Of a stretch of 64,000 bases of DNA, positions 48,359-56,653 are shown piece by piece. How positions within the stretch are numbered: position 1 is the first letter of the stretch; each line of letters starts with the position of its first letter. A program made the translations under genes and the position numbers. The notes beneath the pieces are model-generated. The model had not been told where the DNA came from. It searched no databases and saw nothing but the letters and a program-made list of their open reading frames with translations. The stretch lies in NCBI GenBank assembly GCA_964590105.1, contig CAZPYM010000001.1, forward strand, positions 160,395 to 224,394, given 5' to 3'. Origin of the DNA: an uncultured Gammaproteobacteria bacterium (GTDB lineage: Bacteria > Patescibacteriota > Patescibacteriia > UBA11705 > JABHMO01).

Positions 48359-48508
48359 ATGGTAGTCAGAAAAAACAAAAACAAACCTCAAAGGCGGGTA
48401 TTAAGAATTTTTGCCTATAGCAAGGATGGGGAAGTGGCGGAGGTGGTGGAGCATGTATATGAGGGCGATGATTTGGTGCAAAAGAGGATTATAGACAAAG
48501 AGCAGTAA
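48359..48508 (+). CDS. Small ORF (49 aa), hypothetical. Not in the ORF track.
   Basis: My manual translation gives MVVRKNKNKPQRRVLRIFAYSKDGEVAEVVEHVYEGDDLVQKRIIDKEQ. It is flanked by two copies of an 18-nt motif. Confidence 0.25.
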   Translation: MVVRKNKNKPQRRVLRIFAYSKDGEVAEVVEHVYEGDDLVQKRIIDKEQ

Positions 48509-48599
48509 ATTTTTTATAAAAATTTCAGTATCTTTCATAAATCTTGACGACTAAAATGCAAGTGACAATAGTTAATATCGTTAACCTGGAGGTGGTAGC

Positions 48600-48806
48600 A
48601 TGGCGAATTTCACGGTAGTAAAAAAGAATGGTAGCAAAGAGAAGGTCGAGGCTGACATGGTGCAATGGACTGGTGGTGGTGCTGGTTTCAGAAATTATGG
48701 GGATATCCATAGGCATTACCGAAAGGAAGTTTATGGACGTGACCTCGACCACGTGGAAGATAATAATGGCAATCGTATCGCGTGCGGTCCAGCTCGTGGA
48801 GAATAA
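48600..48806 (+). CDS. High-GC island small protein 1 (68 aa), unknown.
   Basis: Strong SD GGAGGTGG 4 nt before the ATG. A downstream hairpin GAGGACAGA...TCTGTCCTC follows. The local GC is far above the flanks. Confidence 0.45.
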   Translation: MANFTVVKKNGSKEKVEADMVQWTGGGAGFRNYGDIHRHYRKEVYGRDLDHVEDNNGNRIACGPARGE

Positions 48807-48916
48807 TGAAATTATGTGAGGACAGACAGCCAAGTCTCTCTGTCCTCGCCTTTATGGCGAATCCAAACAATAATGTTTGGGTTTGGCTAGAGGCTCATTA
48901 CATTGGAGGGATTGCT

Positions 48917-49123
48917 ATGTACAACGATTATCTGCCCCCGTTGTTGGAGAAACCCATTACCATGTTTGATCGAGAAGCTGACAGTATCCGCTTTCGGGCG
49001 GGTCAGCTGACTGCGAACGAGCTGGCTTTCGATGTGCGCCGGCGCGCTGGTGCCTTGACCATGACGGAAGAGGCTCAGCAGATCATGGCGAACGTCAATC
49101 GCATCATGCCACTCAGTTTTTGA
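48917..49123 (+). CDS. High-GC island small protein 2 (68 aa). Paralog of protein 5.
   Basis: SD GGAGGG before ATG 48917. It shares ...A.AIR...G.LTA.E.A.D..RRAG......EEAQ.IMANVNRI.PL with 49839..50087. Confidence 0.5.
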   Translation: MYNDYLPPLLEKPITMFDREADSIRFRAGQLTANELAFDVRRRAGALTMTEEAQQIMANVNRIMPLSF

Positions 49124-49164
49124 AAGGGCGAATAAATCTCATTGACTTTTATGGAGGTGCAAAC

Positions 49165-49404
49165 ATGAACAACAATGATTGGTTTTACAAACCCACGTAT
49201 TATGGCGCGTCGCATTCAGCGCCAACAACGGAAAAGTGGTTTGATACCCCGCCAATTGGTGGAGGAGAGCCACATTTTCCTTGTGTGAGATCGCCTGAAC
49301 TTCCGTCGCTTGCAGCTCCTGCAGTAGATTTCGGTTATATTCCGCCGGGCGTAAAGCTTCTGCCTTATGACCCGACCCCGTATTCGGACTTCATGGATTG
49401 GTAG
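49165..49404 (+). CDS. High-GC island small protein 3 (79 aa), Pro/Tyr-rich, ends in DW.
   Basis: SD GGAGGTG before the ATG. It is followed by the hairpin GCGAGAACA...TGTTCTCGC. Confidence 0.45.
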   Translation: MNNNDWFYKPTYYGASHSAPTTEKWFDTPPIGGGEPHFPCVRSPELPSLAAPAVDFGYIPPGVKLLPYDPTPYSDFMDW

Positions 49405-49516
49405 TCTTTCTAATGATGCGAGAACAGATTGATTCTAATTTGTTCTCGCCTTTATGGCGAATCTAAACAATGATGTTTGGATCCGGCTAGAGGCACCTTA
49501 CAAAAGGAGAACGAAA

Positions 49517-49711
49517 ATGGCACAGAATGATCAGGGTTGGAACCAGCTGGTGCGGGATCCGCAGAGTTTCATGACCGACGTGCTCGACACCGGAGATGGG
49601 GTCAATGTGCATGACACCTTCCGTTTCAACACTGATGGCGACGCCATCGGTCGGTCGCACACCACGGTCGAGGTCGACGGACAGTTCAAGCGTCTGAACC
49701 ACGACTGGTAA
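49517..49711 (+). CDS. High-GC island small protein 4 (64 aa), ends in DW.
   Basis: SD AAGGAGAA before the ATG. It is followed by the hairpin GGCAGCCAtcatTGGCTGCC. Confidence 0.45.
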   Translation: MAQNDQGWNQLVRDPQSFMTDVLDTGDGVNVHDTFRFNTDGDAIGRSHTTVEVDGQFKRLNHDW

Positions 49712-49838
49712 GATGAACAAGGGCAGCCATCATTGGCTGCCCGTCTATCCTTGCCAATTACTCAATATGTAATTTGTAATGATAGGCGTTGTTCTTTTCA
49801 ATTATCTACAAATTAGTTTTACCGAAGGGAGGAATAGC

Positions 49839-50087
49839 ATGAGCAGATGGCAATATGAATTTTCATCAGGGAGAACTATTCTCGTTGAAGAGATTTGGGA
49901 ATCTTTGCCGGAAGTGCCTGCAAGCATGTTTGACAAGCAAGCGTCTGCCATTCGTCGTATCACAGGCGACCTGACTGCAGACGAATTTGCCCATGACATT
50001 CTGCGCAGAGCAGGCGTGCGTTCCAGGGCCGAGGAAGCCCAGGATATCATGGCCAACGTCAATCGAATCCTGCCGCTCGGGCATTAA
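49839..50087 (+). CDS. High-GC island small protein 5 (82 aa). Paralog of protein 2.
   Basis: SD GGGAGGAA before the ATG. Its C-terminus EEAQDIMANVNRILPLGH matches EEAQQIMANVNRIMPLSF of protein 2. Confidence 0.5.
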   Translation: MSRWQYEFSSGRTILVEEIWESLPEVPASMFDKQASAIRRITGDLTADEFAHDILRRAGVRSRAEEAQDIMANVNRILPLGH

Positions 50088-50217
50088 GTAGAGAACTCAG
50101 AAAAAGTCCATTCGCAAAGTGAGGGAAGCAGGTCATTCTTTTTCTCTCCTCTATAGTGAACCGGAACAAATAGTTTGGATTCACTTTGAGAAATAGTTCT
50201 AACAAAGGAGGATCGTC

Positions 50218-50478
50218 ATGGACATTGACCGACAGATGTTTCTGCAAGGGCCGTGCGATGGCTGCCCGTTGCGTATGCACGGTGAGCCGCAATCGCAGTG
50301 CCGATTCTGCGATCGCAATCCGTATCAGCAGAAACCGTGGTGGCCGGTACCGGTGTCGCCACCGCCGATTTTCGAGCCGTATCCGTCGCCGTTCCCGCCG
50401 CTGCCGCCTTACCCGCCGATTTTCGATCCGTATCCTCCGCCGTTCCCGCCGCCATTCTACTTCGATCCGCGCTGCTAG
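50218..50478 (+). CDS. High-GC island small Cys/Pro-rich protein 6 (86 aa).
   Basis: SD AAAGGAGGA before the ATG. It has N-terminal CDGCP...CRFCD and a P/F/Y-rich repeat tail (PIFEPYPSPFPPLPPYPPIFDPYPPPFPPPFYFDP). It is followed by the terminator GGGGCAAACgcattgtGTTTGCCCC + T-run. Confidence 0.5.
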   Translation: MDIDRQMFLQGPCDGCPLRMHGEPQSQCRFCDRNPYQQKPWWPVPVSPPPIFEPYPSPFPPLPPYPPIFDPYPPPFPPPFYFDPRC

Positions 50479-50601
50479 CCCTTGACTGGCAGAAACGGGG
50501 CAAACGCATTGTGTTTGCCCCATATTTTTTTATTTTAAAATTTTTTGCTATAATACATCTACAAGACAAATAAAAATAAAAACCTATGATGACATCGTTT
50601 T

Positions 50602-50973
50602 TTGCTGGCAAAATTGTTCGGTTTATTTTTCTTTATCATTGGCGTCTTGTTGTTAGCTAGGAGACGTTACTTTGAGGCAATTGCCAAGGGATTTGCCAAG
50701 CAAGATCTTTTGCTTTATTTTGCCGGACTGCTAAATCTTATCTTGGGATTACTGCTCGTTTTAAATCATAATGTTTGGCAGGATTCTTGGCGTATAGTAA
50801 TATCAGTTGTTGGCTGGTTGGTTTTGCTGAAGGGTTTGTTTATATTATTTTTCAGCGAAATCGTAGCAAAATTGCTTAAATGGATATGCAAATACAATAA
50901 TTATTTTTATTTCGCGGGCGCGATTGCAATATTGCTCGGCTTGTATTTTTTGTATCAAGGCTTTTGGATCTAA
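50602..50973 (+). CDS. Small membrane protein, hypothetical. Only a TTG start is available.
   Basis: A 123-aa, 4-TM ORF with no in-frame ATG, hence low confidence. Confidence 0.3.
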   Translation: MLAKLFGLFFFIIGVLLLARRRYFEAIAKGFAKQDLLLYFAGLLNLILGLLLVLNHNVWQDSWRIVISVVGWLVLLKGLFILFFSEIVAKLLKWICKYNNYFYFAGAIAILLGLYFLYQGFWI

Positions 50974-51090
50974 AAAATTCTTTAAATAATAGAATTCCGA
51001 ATTTGGGTTCTATTATTTTGATTAAAATCAATTCCCGGGCGGCTGTTTATAATTAAATAAAAGTTTGCTATAATAATATCAGATATACAT

Positions 51091-52419
51091 ATGAACAAGG
51101 ACGGACAACTCCCCTTGGCGGACAATAAAAAAGAGGTTAAGGTGCTTAAAAAGCGAATTTTTGGCAGTTTTTTTGCCACGCAAAAAAGGCAGAAAAAAGT
51201 TTACGAGCAGATCAAGGAAAGAGCGGCCGGTGATTTTGATTTTTATATAATGTCTCTTTTTGCCGGCATTATAATTACGCTTGGTATAATTATTGATTCG
51301 GCGGCTGTGGTTATCGGCGGCATGCTGATCGCGCCTCTGGTCTGGCCGATCCTGGCCATGGCTCTCGGCGTTTGCATGGGACGGCCGAGATTATTGCAAA
51401 CAGCGCTCGGGACAATACTGAAGAGTACTCTAGTAATTCTGCTGGTGGCTATTTTACTCGGCTTGATTGTGCCTGATTTGGTAATTGAAAATAAAGAATT
51501 TTTACAGAGAACCAGTCCGACACTGTTTGAACTTTTGATCGGTCTGGCTGCCGGATTTGTCGGGGCATTTATAATTGCTTATCCGAAAATAGGTTCGGCG
51601 ATTGCCGGCGTAGTCATGGCCGCGGCGATTGTGCCGCCAATTGCGACAATTGGGTTATCAATAGGCCGCGGCGATTTTGACGCGGCGGCAGGAGCGCTCT
51701 TGTTGTTCTTGTCGAATTTGATTGCTATTACTTTTGCCGCTACAATTTTATTTTTAATTTCAAATTTTTCTCCGACCAGTGAAATCGGACATGAAAAAAG
51801 CAAAAGCGGATTCCGTTGGTCTTTGCTTTTTCTAGTGATAATTTTCATCCCTCTAATTCTAACCACCAAGCAAACAGCAGAAGCAGTGAAAAATAATAAA
51901 ATTATCAAGGGCGTGGTGCAGTCATCGCTCGAGCAAGTTTCAGTTTCCGAGCTTCAAATATCTGAGCAAAACGGTATTCTGACGGCCTCTCTGACACTCA
52001 ATGCCAATGAAAGCATAACCAAAGATCAAATAAGCGCCATGGAAAATATTTTATTAAAGCAACTCGGCAAGCCGGTGATTTTGAAAATAAAAATTTTGCC
52101 GGTTGTTGAAGCGGGCGATGATGTTTTTAGCAAATGGAAAAAAATTATGGATATTGAAAGCGCGCTTGAACAAGAAAAACAAAAACAATTGGAACAGGAA
52201 AAACTTGATGAAGATCTAGTGAAGTGCCCGGTAGCGGTTAACGGAATAAAAATAATTAGAGCGTATCCAATCTCAATCGGTTGTCCTGTTTGTCCGAAAG
52301 TTATTTCTTGCGGCGACGGACGAGAATTTCCGGGACAATCATTCAATGAAGCTCTGGGCGAGTGCGAAGATTTATTGTTTGCCGGAGGCGCTCCGTGTTT
52401 TCAGGAAGCCAGCGAATAG
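51091..52419 (+). CDS. DUF389-family integral membrane protein with a C-terminal soluble domain.
   Basis: Contains FYIMSLFAGIIITLGIIIDSAAVVIGGMLIAPLVWPI, the DUF389 conserved hydrophobic region. Confidence 0.55.
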   Translation: MNKDGQLPLADNKKEVKVLKKRIFGSFFATQKRQKKVYEQIKERAAGDFDFYIMSLFAGIIITLGIIIDSAAVVIGGMLIAPLVWPILAMALGVCMGRPRLLQTALGTILKSTLVILLVAILLGLIVPDLVIENKEFLQRTSPTLFELLIGLAAGFVGAFIIAYPKIGSAIAGVVMAAAIVPPIATIGLSIGRGDFDAAAGALLLFLSNLIAITFAATILFLISNFSPTSEIGHEKSKSGFRWSLLFLVIIFIPLILTTKQTAEAVKNNKIIKGVVQSSLEQVSVSELQISEQNGILTASLTLNANESITKDQISAMENILLKQLGKPVILKIKILPVVEAGDDVFSKWKKIMDIESALEQEKQKQLEQEKLDEDLVKCPVAVNGIKIIRAYPISIGCPVCPKVISCGDGREFPGQSFNEALGECEDLLFAGGAPCFQEASE

Positions 52420-52692
52420 AAAGAAAATTACAAATTACAAATAACGAATTACAAGCAAATCACAAATTACAAATATGGAATTGATAATTTTGACGGCATA
52501 GTCGTCAAGGTGATATTGATTGCTTCGTAATTGAGAATTGGGACAAATTTAAATTAAGTTCAAGTAGGTTAATATGCTTTGTCTTTTTTGATGAGCGCTT
52601 GACGGTTTGTGATTTGTGTTTTGTAATTTTACTTTATTGTTTGTAATTTGTTTGTGTCTTATAATTTGTATTTTGTTATTTATTATTATTTT

Positions 52693-53361
52693 ATGCACAA
52701 CATCACCATCCCTCTGATTGTCGGATCGGCGGCAATTGATTCCATTAATCCATGCGCTTTCGCGGTTTTGATTTTTTTGATTTTATATTTAATAGCCGTG
52801 AAAAATAAAAATAAAATGCTGGCGATTGGGTTGGTTTATATTTTTATTGTGTTTCTGGTTTATTTTTTGGCCGGAATCGGATTACTTAGTTTTATCCAAA
52901 GCGTTCATGTTACAAAATATTTCTATTATTTTACAGCGGTTTTGGCCATAATTCTTGGTTTAATTAATTTGAAAGATGTGTTTTGGAGCGGCAATGGAAT
53001 GACGCTGGCTATCCCGGATTCAAAAAAAGCCCTGATCCAAAAATATATTAAAAAAGCGACTTTGCCGGCCGCAATTGTTCTCGGCGTGCTCGTTGCTTTG
53101 TTTGAACTGCCCTGCACCGGAGGAGTTTATTTGGCTGTTTTGTCATTATTGGCTGATAAAAACACCTGGTTGCAGGCAGTGCTTTATTTGTTGCTGTATA
53201 ATTTAATTTTTGTTCTGCCTTTACTGATTATTTTGCTGGCCGTTTACTATGGCCTGCCGCCTGAAAAAGTCGAAGCCTGGCGAAAAGAAAAAAAGAAATG
53301 GATGCGGCTGGTTATTGGTTTGGTTTTAATCGGACTTGGAATTATTATGCTTTTTATATAA
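52693..53361 (+). CDS. Membrane protein with TM cysteines (possibly CcdA/DsbD-like or a metal transporter). Tentative.
   Basis: Contains SINPCAF and ELPCTGG in separate TM helices. I chose the start at the first ATG; the ORF-track start is a TTG. Confidence 0.4.
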   Translation: MHNITIPLIVGSAAIDSINPCAFAVLIFLILYLIAVKNKNKMLAIGLVYIFIVFLVYFLAGIGLLSFIQSVHVTKYFYYFTAVLAIILGLINLKDVFWSGNGMTLAIPDSKKALIQKYIKKATLPAAIVLGVLVALFELPCTGGVYLAVLSLLADKNTWLQAVLYLLLYNLIFVLPLLIILLAVYYGLPPEKVEAWRKEKKKWMRLVIGLVLIGLGIIMLFI

Positions 53362-53512
53362 ACGATGAATTGTTCTGATTAACCTAATTCACCTAATTAT
53401 TCTAAATAAGGTCTAAGCTCCAAATCCTAAATTCAGAAAATAGAATAATTAAGTCATTGGAATTTAGTTAGGTTAATTAGAATAATTAAGACAATTAGAA
53501 TAATTTTATTAT

Positions 53513-53764
53513 ATGTCAGAAAAACAAATTGGACGCATTACTCACTATTTTGACAACCTGGGCGTGGCGGTGCTGAATTTGGAAGGCAAGCTAAAAGTGG
53601 GCGACAAGATTAGAATTCAGGGAGGCGAGGTCGAGTTTGAGCAAGTGATTGAATCTATGCAGATTGATCGAGAGCCAATTGACAAAGCCAAAAAGGGCGA
53701 TGATGTCGGCATGAAGGTAAAGGAAAGAGTAAGGCAGGGCTATCGGGTTTTTTTAGTAAAATAA
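53513..53764 (+). CDS. Small beta-barrel protein (EF-Tu domain 2-like). Tentative.
   Basis: An 83-aa protein with a GRITHYF...VAVLNLEGKLKVGDKIRI pattern. Confidence 0.35.
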   Translation: MSEKQIGRITHYFDNLGVAVLNLEGKLKVGDKIRIQGGEVEFEQVIESMQIDREPIDKAKKGDDVGMKVKERVRQGYRVFLVK

Positions 53765-53934
53765 AACCTGATGCAAGTTCTTGGTTGGTTCAAATTAAGT
53801 AAAAACAGCAAAAGGTCAGCTTGAAAAACCGGCAGGATACTGTTATAATTATTACGGATTAGTTTAAGCTTAGATAACATAGTTTGCCCGTCAAATCAAT
53901 GGTTAGCGAGCAATTAGCTTTATTTTAATTATTT

Positions 53935-55539
53935 ATGTCAAAGGTTACCGATAGGTTAATAAAAAATTTCCTTGAAGCTGAGTACAGAACGCCTATAGAT
54001 GAAATTCTAAAAGTTAATGCTGTGATCGGCAAGGCGGCCTTTGTTTACGAAAAAGTGCGCAATGCTATTGATTATCAGGAAGAGCATTTGATCCGCAAAA
54101 GCGCGATTTACCGAATTTTAAAAAGAAAACTATTGCTAGAAAAGGTTATTTTGGAAAATTATTTATTGGATAAATATCACCATGAAAATCTGCCAAAGCA
54201 ATTATTGCAGGAATTGATTCGCGGCGGCTATATTAGAGATAAAGTCCCAGTGCAAATGGTCAAGGTTGTAGACGACATTATCCAAAAATACAATGTTCTC
54301 CTGGCCAAGATTAAAGAGTCAGAAGGTAAATTGACCAGAAAACAATGGAAATATTTTTTGGAAATGTGTTCGGTTGAAATAGAATTGGCCGTTATTCCCC
54401 CGAAAAAAGAAAAAGCTCTGATCAATGCCATGTTTTCGGTTTACAATCCTAGAATAAAGTTCAAAAATCAGGATATTACTGATCAGGAAAAAGAACTGCA
54501 GGCATATTTATGCTGTCACCGCGTGTTGTTTAAATGGGATGAGGCAATGCTCCGAACATTGTTACTCGGGCTTTATTATCCTCAATGGAAAAAAGCGGAT
54601 GAAGCTACTATCGGAAAGATCGCCAATAATATTGGCAAGATTGTGGCGGAAATAGACAAGCAAATTGCTCATCCCCTGAAAAATCAGGTGCAAAAAGTTT
54701 TGCAGAAAAAGGCGATTATATTTTGGATAATTCAGGATATTTTGGAAAGTGAACCCAAAAAGGCAAAACAGATTTTCGGTGATGCCGAGCTTTTGGAAGA
54801 AGAAATAAAAAAACAAGTACATAAACGTTACAAGGGCGTGCGGGTAAAGCTGCGGCGCGGTGTGGTTAGAAGTATTATTTACGTGTTTTTTACTAAAATG
54901 GTTTTAGCTTTGGCGCTCGAATTTCCTATGGATTGGTATTTGAACGGCGCGATTAATTATGTTTCAGTTGCAATAAATATTTTATTCCCGCCATTTTTGA
55001 TGTTTGTAGTCGCCATACTTATCCGCATGCCGAAGAAGGAAAACACCACGAAGATTGTGAATGAAATTAGTCAGATCGCGCTAAAGCAAAATGAGGGAAA
55101 GATGTATGAGCTAAAGCCTTTTCATGGGCGGAGCAAAATTTCGCGTTATATTTTTAATTTGATCTACGGTTTAACCTTTCTTTTTTCGATAATGATGATA
55201 TTTACTGTGCTGTACAAGTGGGGTTTTAATTTTTTTAGCAGTTTAATATTTGTTCTGTTTCTGACTTTGGTGAGCTTTTTTGGCATGCGCATCCGCCGGC
55301 CGGTTCAGGATTTGCTGGCTGTTGAAAGACGCGAGAGCATCATCGGTTCCATTGTTGATTTTTTCGCCCTGCCTTTTGTCAGCATGGGGCGCTGGATGTC
55401 GGGTAAGTTTTCCAAGATTAATGTTCTGGCCATGTTTTTGGATTTAATTATTGAAGCGCCGTTTAAATTGCTGATTGAGGTTTTTGAGGATTTATTTGGT
55501 TTTATCCGGGAGAAAAAAGAGGAGGTGATGGATGATTAG
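53935..55539 (+). CDS. Hypothetical protein with a C-terminal polytopic membrane domain.
   Basis: 534 aa with multiple TM helices in the C-terminal half. Confidence 0.5.
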   Translation: MSKVTDRLIKNFLEAEYRTPIDEILKVNAVIGKAAFVYEKVRNAIDYQEEHLIRKSAIYRILKRKLLLEKVILENYLLDKYHHENLPKQLLQELIRGGYIRDKVPVQMVKVVDDIIQKYNVLLAKIKESEGKLTRKQWKYFLEMCSVEIELAVIPPKKEKALINAMFSVYNPRIKFKNQDITDQEKELQAYLCCHRVLFKWDEAMLRTLLLGLYYPQWKKADEATIGKIANNIGKIVAEIDKQIAHPLKNQVQKVLQKKAIIFWIIQDILESEPKKAKQIFGDAELLEEEIKKQVHKRYKGVRVKLRRGVVRSIIYVFFTKMVLALALEFPMDWYLNGAINYVSVAINILFPPFLMFVVAILIRMPKKENTTKIVNEISQIALKQNEGKMYELKPFHGRSKISRYIFNLIYGLTFLFSIMMIFTVLYKWGFNFFSSLIFVLFLTLVSFFGMRIRRPVQDLLAVERRESIIGSIVDFFALPFVSMGRWMSGKFSKINVLAMFLDLIIEAPFKLLIEVFEDLFGFIREKKEEVMDD

Positions 55540-55699
55540 ACGCATTACACATAACACGGAGCACGGAACACGAGACATAAAACATGGAATATCGTTATAC
55601 AATATTGGCTTTAAGTTTTTGCGAGATGTAATTCAATTATTTCGGCTGTTATTAAGTGAGACAAACAAAAAATACTCTTCAATTTGGAGTATTTATTTT

Positions 55700-55745
55700 T
55701 AAAATAGGAATTAGTTGGGTGGACGGCGGGTGAGTAATCACCTCG
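55700..55745. terminator. Bidirectional terminator hairpin.
   Basis: GGGTGGACGGCGGGTGAgtaaTCACCTCGCCGCCCACCC, a ~17-bp stem with 2 mismatches, sits between convergent genes. Confidence 0.5.
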
Positions 55746-55762
55746 CCGCCCACCCGGCCTTG

Positions 55763-56113
55763 TTAGAGCGTGCGAATAACGGCACGCCCATACTTTCTGT
55801 CGCAGTGAGTGATATTCAGGATGTGCCATCCCTGATCCTGTGTGAACTGGACTTTGAACATGCGCGGGTGGAACATTCCTTGCCAGCGCTCAACAAAGGG
55901 ATACCGAGCAATCCAGTGCTCGAATTCCTCAATTCCGCCTTGCCGGAGGATGCCCAGGGCACAAATTGCGACATCAGTTCTGAAGCCACCTTTTTCATCG
56001 GGATACGACGAGAGCCGGTTGCAGAGCTTCGTTGCCAACATCCCGACCATGGGCGGGAACGCGGTGGCGACGAAAATCATCAATGAACGAAGTATGTCTG
56101 AAAGTACTTGCAT
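55763..56113 (-). CDS. Hypothetical protein (116 aa) in a locally GC-elevated segment.
   Basis: I chose the start at the ATG with AAGGAGAAAAC just upstream on the minus strand. The overlapping plus-strand ORFs are rejected. Confidence 0.45.
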   Translation of the reverse strand: MQVLSDILRSLMIFVATAFPPMVGMLATKLCNRLSSYPDEKGGFRTDVAICALGILRQGGIEEFEHWIARYPFVERWQGMFHPRMFKVQFTQDQGWHILNITHCDRKYGRAVIRTL

Positions 56114-56359
56114 GTTTTCTCCTTCTTGTTTGTGATTCAAATCGAACTATATGGTGTCTGGATCTAGAACTGAATATAATATCATAAAAATTAGGGCATG
56201 TCAATAAGACCACATCAAATTTGGCTAAAATAAGTCACGATAACGTAAAATTGCTTAAATAATTGGAAAAAGTATAAAGCCTCTGCGTCGATTTATTGAT
56301 ATTATTTTATGTAATCATAATATTTAAATGTCACTTCTTGCTTTTCACAGAGTTAAAAT

Positions 56360-56388
56360 TTGACATGATTGGTTTAGTGTGCTATTAT
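56360..56388 (+). promoter_or_regulatory. Strong sigma70-like promoter (-35 TTGACA, 17-nt spacer, -10 TATTAT) driving a leaderless micro-ORF.
   Basis: TTGACAtgattggtttagtgtgcTATTATaattttgtATG. Confidence 0.5.
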
Positions 56389-56396
56389 AATTTTGT

Positions 56397-56456
56397 ATGA
56401 AAAAATTCACTCAAACAACCAATTGTAATAATAATAACCGCCCAAGCGTTGGTTGA
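56397..56456 (+). CDS. Leaderless 19-codon micro-ORF with an Asn-codon run (MKKFTQTTNCNNNNRPSVG). Candidate leader peptide.
   Basis: My manual translation. The ATG lies about 8 nt downstream of the -10 box. It has 5 Asn codons in 6 positions, and a terminator follows. Confidence 0.3.
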   Translation: MKKFTQTTNCNNNNRPSVG

Positions 56457-56482
56457 GTGTTTTAGTTAAAATAAAACAGTTG

Positions 56483-56504
56483 GCCGGCGCGAGCCGGTTT
56501 TTTT
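56483..56504 (+). terminator. Rho-independent terminator immediately upstream of tRNA-Asn.
   Basis: CCGGCgcgaGCCGG + TTTTTTT. Confidence 0.55.
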
Positions 56505-56510
56505 AATTGT

Positions 56511-56585
56511 TTCGGGATAGTAAAATTGGTATAACATCGCGCTGTTAACGCGAAGTTCCAGGTTCGAGCCCTGGTCCCGGAGCCA
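56511..56585 (+). tRNA. tRNA-Asn (anticodon GTT).
   Basis: I folded it by hand. Acceptor TTCGGGA/TCCCGGA, anticodon stem TCGCG/CGCGA with loop CTGTTAA, T-arm CCAGG-TTCGAGC-CCTGG, discriminator G and CCA. Length 75 nt. Confidence 0.85.
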
Positions 56586-56653
56586 TAAAAAATAAATTTA
56601 GATATAAAAAGACCAGGGCGAGATCCCGCCACTCGCGAGCGGCGGCGAGAAGT

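Noticed and set aside
48782-48916. Upstream extension MRSSSWRIMKL...MANPNNNVWVWLEAHYIGGIA of island gene 2, and the analogous 49454 extension of gene 4 (including a possible GG-leader reading).
   Set aside because: There is no SD before those starts, while strong SDs precede the downstream ATGs. The conserved block contains an inverted repeat and is better read as operator DNA. This is left open in the findings.
50059-50611. Arg-rich ORFs on the minus strand (RRERRRIR...).
   Set aside because: These are the antisense of the Pro-rich gene 6 (CCG/CGG mirror). Only the plus-strand ORF has an SD and terminator.
55715-56135. Plus-strand ORFs 55715..56086 and 55842..56135.
   Set aside because: They overlap the minus-strand gene, which has a perfect SD and terminator. 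They are GC-rich frame shadows.
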